The notes beneath the pieces were generated by a model. That model saw only the letters and a list, made by a program, of their open reading frames with translations. It searched no databases and was not told where the DNA came from. A stretch of DNA of 63,966 bases, the filler included, from Rhizaria sp. SCN 62-66 (lineage: Eukaryota), in assembly GCA_001724265.1 (NCBI GenBank). It is 4 parts of 4 records of this genome, joined end to end, with 100 filler letters (N's around TTAATTAATTAA, not from the genome) between each part and the next. Parts side by side here need not be neighbours in the genome. Positions count along the whole stretch, not along the records: positions 1 to 18,944 come from MEDY01000471.1; 3 more parts are not named here. One strand, 5' to 3'. Made by a program: the position numbers and the translations under genes. Shown one piece after another: positions 1 through 13,000 of the stretch (position 1 is its first letter; every line of letters starts with the position of its first letter).

Positions 1-61
1 CCCCCCAACCCCTTAAACAGCACGCGCTCGACGTAGCCCGTCTCGACATCACGCTGCAATT

Positions 62-2227
62 ATGTCTGACGACGAGTTCCACGACTTTTCCGACGGCGCA
101 TCGGCCAAGCAAGCCGCCCGCGCCCAACGCTCTGCCAACAACGCAAATGCAAACTCCAACTCTAGCAACAAGCGCGCCACATCTGCCAAGTCCAGCACTG
201 ATGCTGCCTGCAAGTCCCCCGTTGCTGCTGCTGCCCCTGCCCCTGTAGCGGCGGCCGCGGCGTCGTCGCCCGCGGCGCCGGAGCCCCGGTCGATCCTGAC
301 CTCGATCCCGATCGGCATCGGCGCCGCCGACAACCTCGTCGAGTCTGTCGACTTCGAAGGGATCCCGCCGCCCGAGGCTGACAGCGAGGACCTCAGCGTC
401 GTCATTGACCAGACATTCAACGTTACCTCACGGCAGTTCTTCGAGCTTTTCCTCGCCGACCGCGCGATCTTCCCTTTCTCCGAGTTCCACCACCTCCGCG
501 GCGACAAGGACTGCCGCACGACGCCGTGGCGCCTGCTTAAGGCCTCCGACTCCCCCGATGCCGCCGCGACGCTTGCCGCCGACCCGCGCCTTACCGCCGG
601 CACCGTATAGCGCCGCATGAAGGCTCAGCTTAAGGTTGACTCGGCCTTCTCGCGCCTCCACAAGGTCCAGCGCTTGGTTCCGCTCGACGATGGTTTCCTC
701 ATGATTTCCCGTGGCAACACGCCCGACGTGATGTTCGGCTCCCAGTTCGCCGTGACGGACCTCTGGCGGCTGCGTGACGTGCCCGGCGCGCGCCAGTGCC
801 GGCTCGAGATCTCGCTCGGCGGCGCTTTCCCCGACGCCGGGTGGGCCGTGCGGATGCTGATGCCCGTCATCACGTCGCGCATCAAGAACGAAGGGCAGGA
901 GATGTGGATGCGGTGGGCCGAGGTCGCCAAGCTCCGCGTCGGCAAGCTGGCGCACGAGCTCACTAACAACAGCAACAGCAGTAACAACGACTCGAGTAAC
1001 AGCGGAAGCAACAGCAGCAGCTCGAGCAATAACAGCTCCAGCGCGACTGCTGCTGCTGCTGGCAAGAGTCCTGCCTCAAGCAACCCTTAGATCTCCACTT
1101 CCTTCTCATCGGCTTCCTCTGCGGCAGCCAAGAGCGCCGGCACGGCTGGCACACGCCTCGGCTCCGGCAGCGTCTCCGAAGATGACGATCCGGCCCGCCG
1201 CACCGCGCCCTCCACCAGCGTGCCGTCGTCGTCCCTGGTCGCCTCGCGCGGCGGCTGCGTGCTGCTTGAGGACGACCCCGCCGTTGAGGGTCTTAGTGAC
1301 GTCGAGGAAGCGCGCGAGCGGACGCTGCAGAAGCTCAAGGCGATTGAGAACGCGGCGTCCGACGCCGAGGTGGGCGAGGAAGAGCGCCGCCAGCAGGAGG
1401 CGTTTATTCGGGCACAGGTGCGGGCGCAGCAAGCGGCGATCGCAGCGCGCGAGCGCGAGAAGCAGCTGCTGCGCGAGCAGTTGGCCGCGCAGGAGGCCAA
1501 GAAGAAGGCCATCGCCGAGCAAAAGCGCCAGGCGGCCGTGGCGGCAGCTGCTGCGGCGGAGAGCGGCGGCACTGTCACAAGCTCCAAAGCCATCGACGCA
1601 CTCCGTCTCTCGTCTTCGTCTAACGCCAACGGCAGTGGCAGCGGTGGCGCGGGCAGCGTCAAGAGCCCCGCGTCTGGCCCCGCGAGCGCGCCCGCCGGGA
1701 GCGACGACGACGAGGAGGACGACGACGACGACATGAGTGAAGAGAGCGACACCCCCGCCGAGGATGTTGCGCTTATGGGCCCCGAGGAGTTCGCGCGGCA
1801 CGAGCGCAGGCTGCTGCGGCGGGCCAAGGCGCGCCGCCAACGCACGCGCCGCCTCATCAAGGCCGGCAAACTGCCCGCTAACGCCCTCTCTAGCCCCGTT
1901 CCCAACAGCAACAGCAACAAGAGCGGCAGCACGGCGGCGAGTGCAGCTGGAGGCTACGACAGCGACGCGTCGCCCGCGGCGTCCCCAGCCAGCACCACCA
2001 GCGACGGGGTGAGCCCTGACGCAGCCTCGCCCGCCACCGCGAGCTCCGCCACGGGTTCCGCCGCGAGTTCCGCGAGCTCCGGCGCGGGCACCAACAGCAA
2101 CACGCCGATGACGTTGGCGCAGATCGCGGCCAAGGAGGCGCAGGTGCAGGCCGAGCTCGAGGAGCAGAACAACCGCATGTGCGCGCGTCAGTGCCGCCCG
2201 CAGCAGGGCAGCTGCACCGTCATGTAA
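62..2227 (+). CDS. VASt (StART-like sterol/lipid transfer) domain protein with coiled coil and C-terminal CaaX motif; read through two in-frame TAG codons
   Basis: ORFs 62-610, 617-1090 and 1220-2227 share one frame and are separated only by TAG at 608-610 and 1088-1090. VASt-like motifs lie on both sides of the first TAG (VVIDQTFNVTSRQFFELFL...TTPW; NTPDVMFGSQFAVTDLWRL). The protein ends CTVM-TAA. Confidence 0.8.
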
Positions 2228-3985
2228 GCGGAGCGCGCGATGGAGCGTACAGTGCGCTTAGATGACGTTTGATCGCGCAGGGTAGAAGCATTGCCATGTC
2301 ACGTGTGATGCGGCTTAGCTTAGATGCGGTTGGTATCGTCGTGTCCGCGGTAGCTGCACTGGCGTACAGAGATGAGTCGCTTCGAGAGCGGACGTCTGCC
2401 AATGATCAGGAGTGGACATGAGCAATTATTGGTGTGCGTACATGCACTCTAGCTTATGCAAGTGTATGTGTGTGCATACGTCTGCTTGACGTTGTTTGAT
2501 TGCACCACGAACGAGGACGAAAAGAAAAGAACAAGAGACTTAGTACTAGAACAATAACGACACGTTTGCTGCTGTGTTTTTGTTTTGTACATGTCGAGAA
2601 ACAACTGGTAACGAACATGTGAGTGTACCTGAGATCATTGCTGTTTCAATCAGGTGACTCGTGGAAGCTTGTTGTGGTTTAGCTGTTGTGGTATGAGGGG
2701 TAATAATTAGGTTGTTATTATGAGTGTAAATGTTTTGGTGTTTTATTGTGACGATTTTTTGTTTCTTAAATTGTGTGCTGTTGGTTCAACAGTCGTGTTC
2801 GTGTACTTAACGTCTGTACTGACGGGAATTTATGTTTCTTTTTTTGTTGTTTTGTTCAATTGCTGCTTTAATTGGGTTTGTATTTGTGGTAGTAGCACCC
2901 TGTTTGATGTGACTACCGTGCTAATGCTCCTCATCAGTCAGCAACTGTGATATATCTGAAGACATCGCAGAGCGTTTCATTACTCGCACATATTTGAGTA
3001 TGCGTTCTGAATTTCTGCATTTATCATTAAAACACAATGTGGCACACACAAGTAGAAATCCGGACGTACATGTGTGCGTCCATTAGCTCGAGTAACACAA
3101 TACAACATAAAATATGTCGCCGTATGCATGTCAAGCTACGAACGGTCCAAGCGTGGTCAGGAAAGTCATATGAATTTCAGAAAAAGTGTAAGGCATAAAA
3201 AGTATGCCAACTCCGAAACGATTTCAAACTTCACTTCGATCATAAAAATAGGGGAAGAAGCAATAAAAAATTAAATTTTAAATGAATAAAATACAATGGA
3301 TAAAATCCCCAAATTTATTATGTTGTATTTAGGTTGATAATCATTCGTGTTTGATAAAGATAGTCAACTTCGTAAGATTCTTATAGTCAAGCTGGGACAG
3401 AATTCAGACGTGCAAGCTGAGCTTACGGTATATGACACCGACATACAAATCGGTGGGTGGCAAACGAAATAAAGTTGCAATACTAAATAAAACATTAGCC
3501 CGCAACAAACATGATTACGTGAAAAACAAACAAGCAAACTCGCACACAACACAACAACAGAGAGGGAGAGAGGTTATAGTCCGCATTCGTAACACAAAGG
3601 ATCGTGAAAAAGACGACAAAAAGACGCACACAAAACAACAACTGGACAATTTCGAGGCAATTCATGCATCTACGCACATGACAAAAGCCAATAAAATTAC
3701 TGATAAGATACACACACAAGGATGGCGAACTTCATTTCGCCCATTTAAACCACCGCGACAGCCATCATATCCGTCTCTTGACGGTTATTACAGCAACGCA
3801 AATACACTTTCTCGTACAAAGAGAAGTCACACAAAGTGATGCCTCTCAAAGGATGGATCAGGTTGCAAGCAAAGACTTTGTGCATGCACAGAAGTCCATC
3901 GTTTACACAGAGCGTGCTTACAGTCAGCACACAGAACACACAACTTCGCATCACCTCAACTCAAGACTGCGACCGAGCGGTCTGC

Positions 3986-6900
3986 TTACTGGTTGAAGGG
4001 CGGCGGCGGCGGCGGTGGCGGGTGGCCGGGGTCCGCGTCGGCCGCGGGGGTCGGCGGCGGCGGCAACGACATATTGGGCGCCTTCCGCGTGCCACGCGCT
4101 GTCGAAAACGAGTTGCCGCTGTTCCGTGTGGGCGACGGTGACGGCACAGGGCGCGCAGGAGCAGGCGGGGGCGATGGGGTCGGGCGCGTGACAACGGGGG
4201 GCGGCGCCGCCGCAACCATCAGAGGCGGCGGCGGAGGCACGGACGCGCGGCCCGTCGCGGGAGGAGCCTGGTGATCGTGGCCGTGACCACCCTCGTTCAC
4301 GCTGTTGTGCTGCGACACAGCGCTAACGTGCGCACTCGCGCTAGCACTGGCGCTGCCGCCGGTGTAGCTGCCATTGCTTGCGACTTGGTCGGGGGTCGAG
4401 GCCTCGTTGGAGGACGTCTTAGAGACGTTTTGCGAGCGCCCATTGGCGCTCGAGGTGGCCGCACTGCGCTGCTTGCTGTTCGCATACGCAAACATGTTCT
4501 TTCGGACCGTTGTGCCGCCAGAGCCGCCGCTGGGCGACGCAGGTGAACCGGGCGGGACGAGCGTGTAGATATTGCCGCCGCTGCCCGCGGTGTGGACCCC
4601 GTGCAGCCCGGCGTTGCTCGTGGACGTGTTGAGCGCGCCCAGATTGCTGCCACCGCTGGCAGAGCTGCCGCTGTGGCTCAACTGCGCAAAACCGCCGCCG
4701 CCGCCGCCGGCCGAGGACGACGAGTGCACGAACCCGCCTCCGCTCTGCGAGGTGAGCCCCATGCTCGACTCGCTCTGCTGCAAGCCGCCGCCGCCCGCGC
4801 CGACACCGGTGAAGCTGTTACTGGCGGAGATGACGGAGCTGGCGTGGCCGATCGTACTAGCGTTGGTGGGCGCAGACGGAAAGTGGCCGATGGCTGACGA
4901 GTCGAGCATCGAGCCTTGGCTGAGACGCACTGTGCGGCCGCCGGGAGCGATGACGGAGGATCCGGGCACGACCACGGTCGGCTGCGGTACCTGCGACTCG
5001 GAGAACGGAATCAGCGGGGTGAGATTCACCGTGGGCTCGTTGATGCCCTTGTTGGCTAGCAACGATGTGACTTCCGCGATGGCCTTGTCGCGCGCAGCGA
5101 CGTCGGCCTCGCGCTCGCGGAGCCGCGACTGCAGCGTCTGCAGCGCGCGCTTGTCGCGGGCGGCCTGCTTGTACGCGTCGCTCACGCCGGACATCTGGGT
5201 CACGGACTTAGCTTGGTAGTTTTCGACTTGCGTGACACCGCGGAAAATGAGGAGGAAACGCGGGATAAACAGCAGCGACAGCGATGAGATGACAATGTAG
5301 GCGATGAGCCAGCCGCGAATGATGATCGAGATCTCGGGCGCGAAGCCGGTAACGACGAACGAGACGAGGAACGCGATGACTGCGATGACGGTGAAGTTGA
5401 CGAGCATGAGCCCGATGTACTTGGCCTCGCCGAAGTTCGCGCTCTCAGATCGCGTGCGCACAGCGAGATAGAGGCCAGTGAGCAGGATCGCGCCGTTGAC
5501 AGTAAGGAAGACTGTGGTGTAGACACGCTCGTCAGACCGGCAGAAGTAGCCGACCGAGAAGGAGCTTGAGAGCGCCTCGGGAGTCATGCGTGCAGGCTCG
5601 TGGATCGAAAACACGATGAGAATGACGATGTTGACGATTAAAATGCCGAGAGTGCCGAGCAGCACGTACAGCTCCGTGTACGACGCCTTGCTTTGCAGAC
5701 TGCCGGCGTTAACAATCTGCTTGATGCGATGCAGCTTAAACACGCAAGCGCCGACAATCAACGAAAATGCGAACAACAGCGCCCAAATAGTGGCGTTACA
5801 TGAACCGTCTGAGGTATAGAGCCCATCGGTGAGAATGCCAACGCCGGCAATGATGCCGCCAACGCACATGAGCGCGCAGAGGAACGGCGAGCACGCGCGG
5901 ATGATCGGGTGTGCGTAATTCCACAACACAACCACCAGACACATCGCGGCGAACGCCATGACTATAACAGCTGCGGCGATGACGGCGCCGCGTGAGCCGG
6001 AGTCGAGCGTCCACAGTGTGCGTACGCGGGAGCACACGGGGCCTTCGACCATGACGACGCCAGCCCAAGGCCCTGAGGTGGGGGCGCCGTCGACGACGGT
6101 GACGGTGATCGGCTCGGTGCCGTCGTCGCCGCCGCCAGTGGCCGCGATCGTGAACTCGCCCGAGCATGTGCAGCGGCGGTGCAGGCATATGCCGAGCCCG
6201 GAGCACTGCTCGCACGCGCTGGCGTTGACCGGGAACGCGCCGAAGAGGATTTGTCCGTTATGCGCGGAGCAGAATGTCGAGTCAGTGGAGCACGAGCTGA
6301 TTTCATCGCGGGAAACCTCGGTGATGATGCCGCGGCAGTAGGCTGGCATGGCGTCGATGAGCTTGGGATTGCTCTGCGCACACGCCATCTCTTCGGCCAT
6401 CGTCGGGTAGTCGAGCACAGCGCCCTTTTGGTACTTTGCGCGGAGTTGACGGATGAACTTGTCAGAGAGCTGCTCACCCAAGTCGACGTAGTTGGTGGGG
6501 AAAACATCCGTATAGCCGTCGTTGCCTTCTATGAGGTACACGGACGTCATGAGCGTGTACGTCGCCGTGTCGTCGAGCAGAATCCAATCATCCGCGGCCG
6601 CAGTCGAAACGGGCCGCGGGCCGGCGGCAGCAGGAACGTAGATCTCAAGCACTTTGTTCTTGGCGTAGGTGGGATTGAGGATGTAGCGCATGTTGGTCTG
6701 CAGCAAACGCGCGTTGACGGCCTGGTTGGAGACTTCCATCATCGCTCTGATCTCCGCGCCAGTCATGTTGACGTAGCCGAGGTTGTTGGCGAACGGCAGT
6801 ACCAAGTACGCGTCGATACCCATGACTTCAAACGAATCGTCGTCATCACCGTCACCAGCTGTGGCAGCTGGCAGCGCGGCAGTGACAAAGTCAGCAGATA

Positions 6901-8734
6901 TGTCACTACCATTGTCAGACGCAAGCTCCCCTGCAACGTCGAGACCAGACGCGGCGGCGTTCGCAAGCGTGCTTTCGCGGTTCGCGCCAGCGTTCGTGCC
7001 ACGCGTGTTCGCATTCTTGTTCGCATCCGAAGCAGCAGCAAGGAACCTGTTGCTGCGCACAGCGCTAGCCCCAAACCCGGACGTGGATGCAGTGTTGAGT
7101 TTCGACCGCAGATGCTGCTGCTTGCGCTGGATGGAGCTCAGACTCGTCGTTGAGGCAGTGGTTGCGCGCTGGACGAGGCTCGCACGCAGAGCACCAGAGT
7201 TGATTGCACTGAGGCACTTACGCGGGGGCGCGAGCGGGCACAGCTCGGCAAACACATCCGCCACAAGGCTATACCAACACAATTATGATACAAGTTGAGA
7301 TGACAAGAAGTGATTACGAGTGAGCACAATTGAAGGTAAAACTGACGTATTCAAATAGAGTCGATAAGAGAAGCACCTACATTTTCTGTGGGATATACAG
7401 ATCGATTCATGTACTTAATACATCAAAATTTCTAAGGGCACGTACCGTCCAATAGGACATGGGCCGACACGACAGCCATAGTAGTTTGACATTGGCTCAC
7501 GTTCAGTCAAGTTAGTCAACTCCGCTCGGCCGATAATGTACGTGATATTACGGAGAAGCTTCGCCGCAGGGTCACTGAAATACGAGTTATTCATGATGTT
7601 ATACTTCGTTTGAAAGTATTCTTGCGTCTCGTCGTTAATTGGACAAGTTTTGTTATTTGTTTTCAGCGTCTTGGCGACCCGCAGCACTTGCGTGCCTTGC
7701 GGAAACGGGAAGTTCTCCGACAGAGGTTCGCCGTCAGACCGCACGGGCGGTGCGTACACACTCTCCCTAATAAGTGTCGAACCGTTGAACTGGGCCGAGA
7801 AGTAGTTCAGGTCAATGCCGTAGTTTGTCCCTGTGCCGGCGACGATATAGCTCTGGTTGAACTTGTTCACGAGGAGTTGCGGTGTTGCGGGGACTTCTGC
7901 GGCCGGAAGCATCGAGAAGTTGCCCATAATGATGTAGATGTTCACGTCCTCGTACAGAGCAGTGTCCGTGAACGAATTCAGATCATCGCGGTTGATAAGC
8001 GCGACAATGACATCGACACCGAGGCGCTTGAGCGAGGAAACCTCCTTGCGGAGCTAGCGTGAGTAGTTGTCGATTGTGACCTCGCCGATATGCGGGATAC
8101 GCGCCTCGTACGACTCGACGACAAGTGAGATAAACCCGACAGTGCCGCCGCTGGGAGACATCTTGCGCACAGCAGAACGGGAGATTGTGCCAAGCTTGGA
8201 GGAAATATTCATATTTGTGCTCACGAACTCCAGCGGTGGATTAGCATCCTTAGTCGTTTCATTAAGGTAGTAATTAACATCTTGTAGTTTGGCGTACAAA
8301 TCGCGACCAGAGAGCGCAGCAACGTCGTACTTGGCCCGCTTCATGCACTCAATCATGGGGCCAGCGCCGAACGAGTTGTAGTACATCGAGCCCCAGAGGA
8401 AACTGCCAGCGTCAACAGTGAGGGTTTCAGGCAGGTCCTCACGAATTGCCTCGAAAATGCCCTGTCGACGCGCACAACCACCGAGACACGTAGAGTCCTG
8501 CAAGTCATAGTCGAAAGAGTGTCCGTTGGTGGTGCAGAAGACGTTACCAGAGGTTGCTTGTGTCACTCCTCCGGCCACGTATCCGGACACAATCATGCTC
8601 AGCTGGTGCACAGCCGCCGCCGCAGGGGTCAACGCGGCGGCGATAAGGCACGTTGCGAGGGCCAACATGGCCCAGAGTGGTGAGCGGGCATCGCGCAGGG
8701 GCGTGGCGCGGCGATGCTCGGATGACTGCGACAT
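3986..8734 (-). CDS. Class C (GABA-B-like, 7tm_3) GPCR with signal peptide, 5'-nucleotidase-fold ectodomain, Cys-rich/EGF-like stalk and Pro-rich tail; exons 8734-7446 and 7268-3986; in-frame TAG at 8054-8056
   Basis: 5'-nucleotidase-like motifs: LGGCARR, VDAGSF, LKRLGVDVIVAL, CRVGPCPIGRLVAD (spanning the intron), INSGALRAS, VLPFANNL...MTGAEIRAMME, YLIEGNDGY. Class C 7TM motifs: HPIIRACSPFLC, KLHRIKQI, NFGEAKYIG, LFIPRF. A GTACGT...AG intron at 7445-7269 restores the frame. Confidence 0.8.
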
Positions 8735-10045
8735 TTCGCACTCCAGACTGTCGGATCAGAGTTTGGAGCGAGAGCGGAAAAGCACGTCACAGCGCCACGC
8801 AACAACAGCGCAAAAGGGAGTTGTGGAGAGACCTAGGCGTGAACACGCCGTTGATGCTTGCGACAAGAGCCTTGACCAAGGTAGTTGGCAAGAAAGTAAA
8901 GGCAATTGCAGGAGCAAGCGCAAGGGCGAGAGCGAAGTAGCTCTGCGTCGGGCGACAGAGAAAATAGAGGCAGAGAAATGTTGGCACCGATTGTGAGTAC
9001 GAACAAGACGTAATTGCTAAATATACATGTAGAATGTGCAAGTCTCATGCTTGCGCGGTGTACCGAGCTCCCTTCATGCCATCAGGAGTGAGGACGAAAG
9101 GGAGGAGGAGCAGATCACAAACGCACGGCGTAGCGACTCTCATAAGTTATTTCAGAGGATTTGAGAATACAATACAACATTGCAATTACATCAAACACAT
9201 ATACAACGTATTGCAGCAGGAATGCACGAACAGACAAGGGTCCATGCTCATCGCGAAGATTCCGCTCCAGAGAACAGGAGGAGGTGGTGCCACCGCCTTG
9301 CCAAACTCGGAAACTCGGGCACGGCCATCTAAAACACATGAAAAGAACTTAAATCTTGCTGTGATAAAAAGAGAATGCTGCCGTTTTGATATATATTGTG
9401 TTTTGCACTGTATTAAATATATTAACACCGGTTTCATTCCACAGATATGCTGATATACCTCGTATATCAGCTAAGAGATGTCTTCATAAACATATTTTCA
9501 GGCATCCTGCAATACAACTAAAACTTACATAAAAGATATTGAATAAAATAAATACTAACATGCACCCGATATGTTTTAAAATTATTTTTGCCAAAAATAA
9601 GCATACTTTCACGACGAAAATATAGTTTATATAACTCGTCAAACGTGTGACAGAGAAATGCGATTTGCGACTCTGCACGCTTGCTTGGGGAAGCGAGAGA
9701 ACGCTCTCCAGGGCTACGGGGGATATGAGGTGCCCAAGGCGAGATGGTTGCTGACGCGGTGTGTGCTGCGACTCGAACTGGGACTGCGATTATCACTACT
9801 GTTCGTTGTAACTTAGCGATATAACACTCTTCCTGGGTTAATATTGCACGGATTATGCCATTTCCATTCACTTAAACTTTCAAGACACGCATACTCATCC
9901 TCTGCGCTTGTTCGCCCTGTTGCCGCTCGCCCCTCGTATTAACGCACTGCCTGTCCTGCCTCCGCCGACTCCGCACAGCACCCTTAGCTTTTCCTTTCAA
10001 CTCCACACCTCTTCTAGCCCGCCACTTGGCAGTTGACACCGCGCC

Positions 10046-13000
10046 ATGTCCCACATCACGGGCGCTCCGGGCCTGCCCGCGGCCTCCAGCTCCAACGCAG
10101 TCTCACCGCACCAGCAGCAGCACCAGCCCTCGACGTCAGCCTCGTCAGCATCATCAGCCGCATCGACCGCACTCACGCTCTCCGCGTCATCCAGCTTCCC
10201 CGCCCCGCTGCTTGCACCCGTCTCGCCTGTCAACAACAACAGCAGCGACAACGCCGACGTCTCCGCGGCCGCGCTGGCGCCCATCCCCGACTTCGGGGCG
10301 CTCGAGGAGCTTCCGCTGCCGTTCGACGTTGTCCCGCCCGCCATCGACTGGCCGCTCTCGCTCGCGACCTTCCCCACGCGCGGCCCCGTTGCTGGCGGCG
10401 GCACGGGCGGCCTCGTCCCCACCGTGCTGCCATATTCACGCGCCACCTTCACCCGCCCGCTGCCGCTGCACGAAACCCTCTACGGCGCGCTCCGGGCCGC
10501 GCCCGCGCTCACGTCGACGTCGCGCGCCCCCCTGCTGTCGCTCCCGGCCGCGGTCACGCTGCTCCGCGTTGCTTCTGTGCAGCCGCTTGCGGTGTTCCCG
10601 GCCGCGGACGACGTCGCCATGCGCGTCGTCGCGCGGCAGCGTGATTCGGCCTCGCTCGCGCGCGTTGCGGCGGCCGCCGCTGCGCTCGCCGCCGCACCCG
10701 CCGCCGCGGCCGCCGCAGCCAAGAAGGGGCCGGCCGCCGTGGCCGCCGCCGCCTCCGCCGCCACCGCTGCGGCCGCCGCGGCCGTTCCACCCACATCGAA
10801 CGGCGCGTTGACATCGCTCATCCCGACTGTGTTTCTCTCGCCGTCGACCACGGATCACTTCCACAACACTCAGCGTGTGACACCCACCTCTTCCAGCTCC
10901 ACTAGCTCGAGCTCTGGCTCTAAGAAAGGCAACCGCAGCACTTCGCTCTCCCAGACCCCCTCCGCCCTCACAGCTGCCGCCGCGGCCGCCGCCGCCAGCG
11001 CTGCTAGCGGCTGCGTGAACTCAGGCCCAGGCGCGATGCGCCCTCCTTTGGCCTCCGCGCTGCCGACCCCCGCGACGGCCCCGCTGCTGGGCGGCGCCGT
11101 CACCGCCCTGACCCAGGCCTCGGTGCTCTACGGCGCGTACTCGCCGGCAGTGGTTGCGAACCACCTCCGCGGCCTGCCTGAGCTGCGCGCCGCCGTGGGG
11201 CCGGCGCTGGCGGACGAGTTTCTCACAATCACGGCCACGGTCGAGCCCAGCTCTCCGTTGGCGCGCGCCGCGCAGCGCAGGTTGCTGGCCGCTGTGCTTT
11301 CTCTGGAGGCCACTGACCCAGCGCGCGCGCAGCGGCTGTTCACGGACATGGTGGCGCGGCTGGTCAAGATGCAGGCCGCGTGCGAGCGTCATCAGGCGGA
11401 GGAGCGCAGGCGGAGCGAGGCCCGCAAGGCGGCCGCCGCGGCAGTCGCGGCGGGCGAGACGGCCGCGGCGGAGGCGACTGAGGCTGAGGCGGCGGCCGTG
11501 GCTGCGGAGGCCGAGGCCGCGCGGCTGCAGGCCGTGCTGGACGATTTGGAGGACGAGTACGACGAGGAAGATGAAGACGAGGATGAGGACGAGGATGAGG
11601 ACGACGACGATCCTGAAGTGAAGGTCGCCAAGGCCAGGCGCGCTGCGCGCAAGCTCAAGCTCGCCGCTGCCACCACTGCTGCTGCCGCGGCCGCGACCGC
11701 CGCGACGACTGCCCGCGTCGTCGCCACCAAGGCCAAAGCCGCCACCACCGCCGCCGCCGCCGCTGCTGCTGCCGCCACCACCTCTGCTTCTACCAGCACT
11801 GCGGAGACTGCTGCGACGGCGGCACCGCCGGCGCCGACGCCTCTGCCAGTGCATATCCCTCTCTTTGCCCTGCTCTGCTCCCTCGGCATGGACCTCTCGA
11901 AGCTAGGCCGCGCCCGCGTCGTCCGCGCCCGCCGCCGCGCCGCCGCCCGCCGCGCCGCCGCCGCGGACCAAAAGGCGTTCCGCGAGGCCGAGGCCGCGGC
12001 GCTACTGCACGCCCGCGCCGCCGCGACCGACGCGCGGCTCGCCAAGGCGTCGGTTTGGGAGCTCCTCTGGGGGTCCAGCTCCAGTAACACCGCCGCGAAC
12101 GCCGCGACGCCCAACGGCGGCGGCAGCGGGAGCCCCGCCGGCGGCGCCTCTCCGGAGTCGCCAGCTGCGGGTGACAGCAGCAACAACAACAGCAGCGGCG
12201 GCGGCGGCGGTGCCAGTGAGAGTGGCAGCATTTCGCCCACGGCGGCGGCCGACAGCAGTGCAGCGACCGCGGCCGCAATCGCCCGGACGACAGCGACATC
12301 GCTGACGGCCGTGGCGACCGAGGCGCTTTCGCCGGCTGTGGCCGCCGCGGCCGCCGAGCCCGTCGACGACCGCGCGGCCGCCGCGGCCGCCGAGCGCGCA
12401 GGCCCCGGACCGCACTTGCGGCGGTTCTCCCTCTTCGCGCCGCTGCTGCTCGCGCTCACGCCGCTGCGGCCCGGCCGCACGCTGCACCTCGAGCCCGGCA
12501 CGCCCTTCGCGCTGGTGCACGGCACCGTCGCGCTCGCGTCCCCGGCCGCGATCGAGGCACAGGTGCTCGCGCTCGGGCCTTGGCACCGGCCCCCGGCGCC
12601 CGGCAGCGACGACGCGGCGCCGCAGCTCCAGGCCGCCGCCGCGGTGCCGCCGGCGCGCACGCTCACAACGGCGGACGCGGACTATGAGCCCTGCGGCTGC
12701 GCATACGCCGTCGGTTTCTCGCACTCACACAACAACAACAGCAACAATAACTCTAACTCCACAGCTCTTGTTGCCGCTGGCAGCCCGCGCAGTCCCACTT
12801 CTGGCTCCAGCGCCGCCGCCTCCGCGGCTGCGGGCGCTGCCGCCGGCGGCGTCGTCACGTCCACGGGGCCGACGGTCGCCCCGGACGGGCTGCCGCTGTG
12901 CCCGCTGCCGCTGCCCTGCCCCTGCGGCTCGCTGCTGCTGGCGTCAGCGCTGGTCTCGCTGACCACGGGCGCGTCCCCGACGGGCGCGGCGGGGGGCATC

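Noticed and set aside
2228-3985. Short ORFs in the AT-rich spacer (e.g. 2720-2950, 3432-3839)
   Set aside because: Composition matches the 3' UTR/intergenic DNA of two convergent genes, with no coding-type codon bias.
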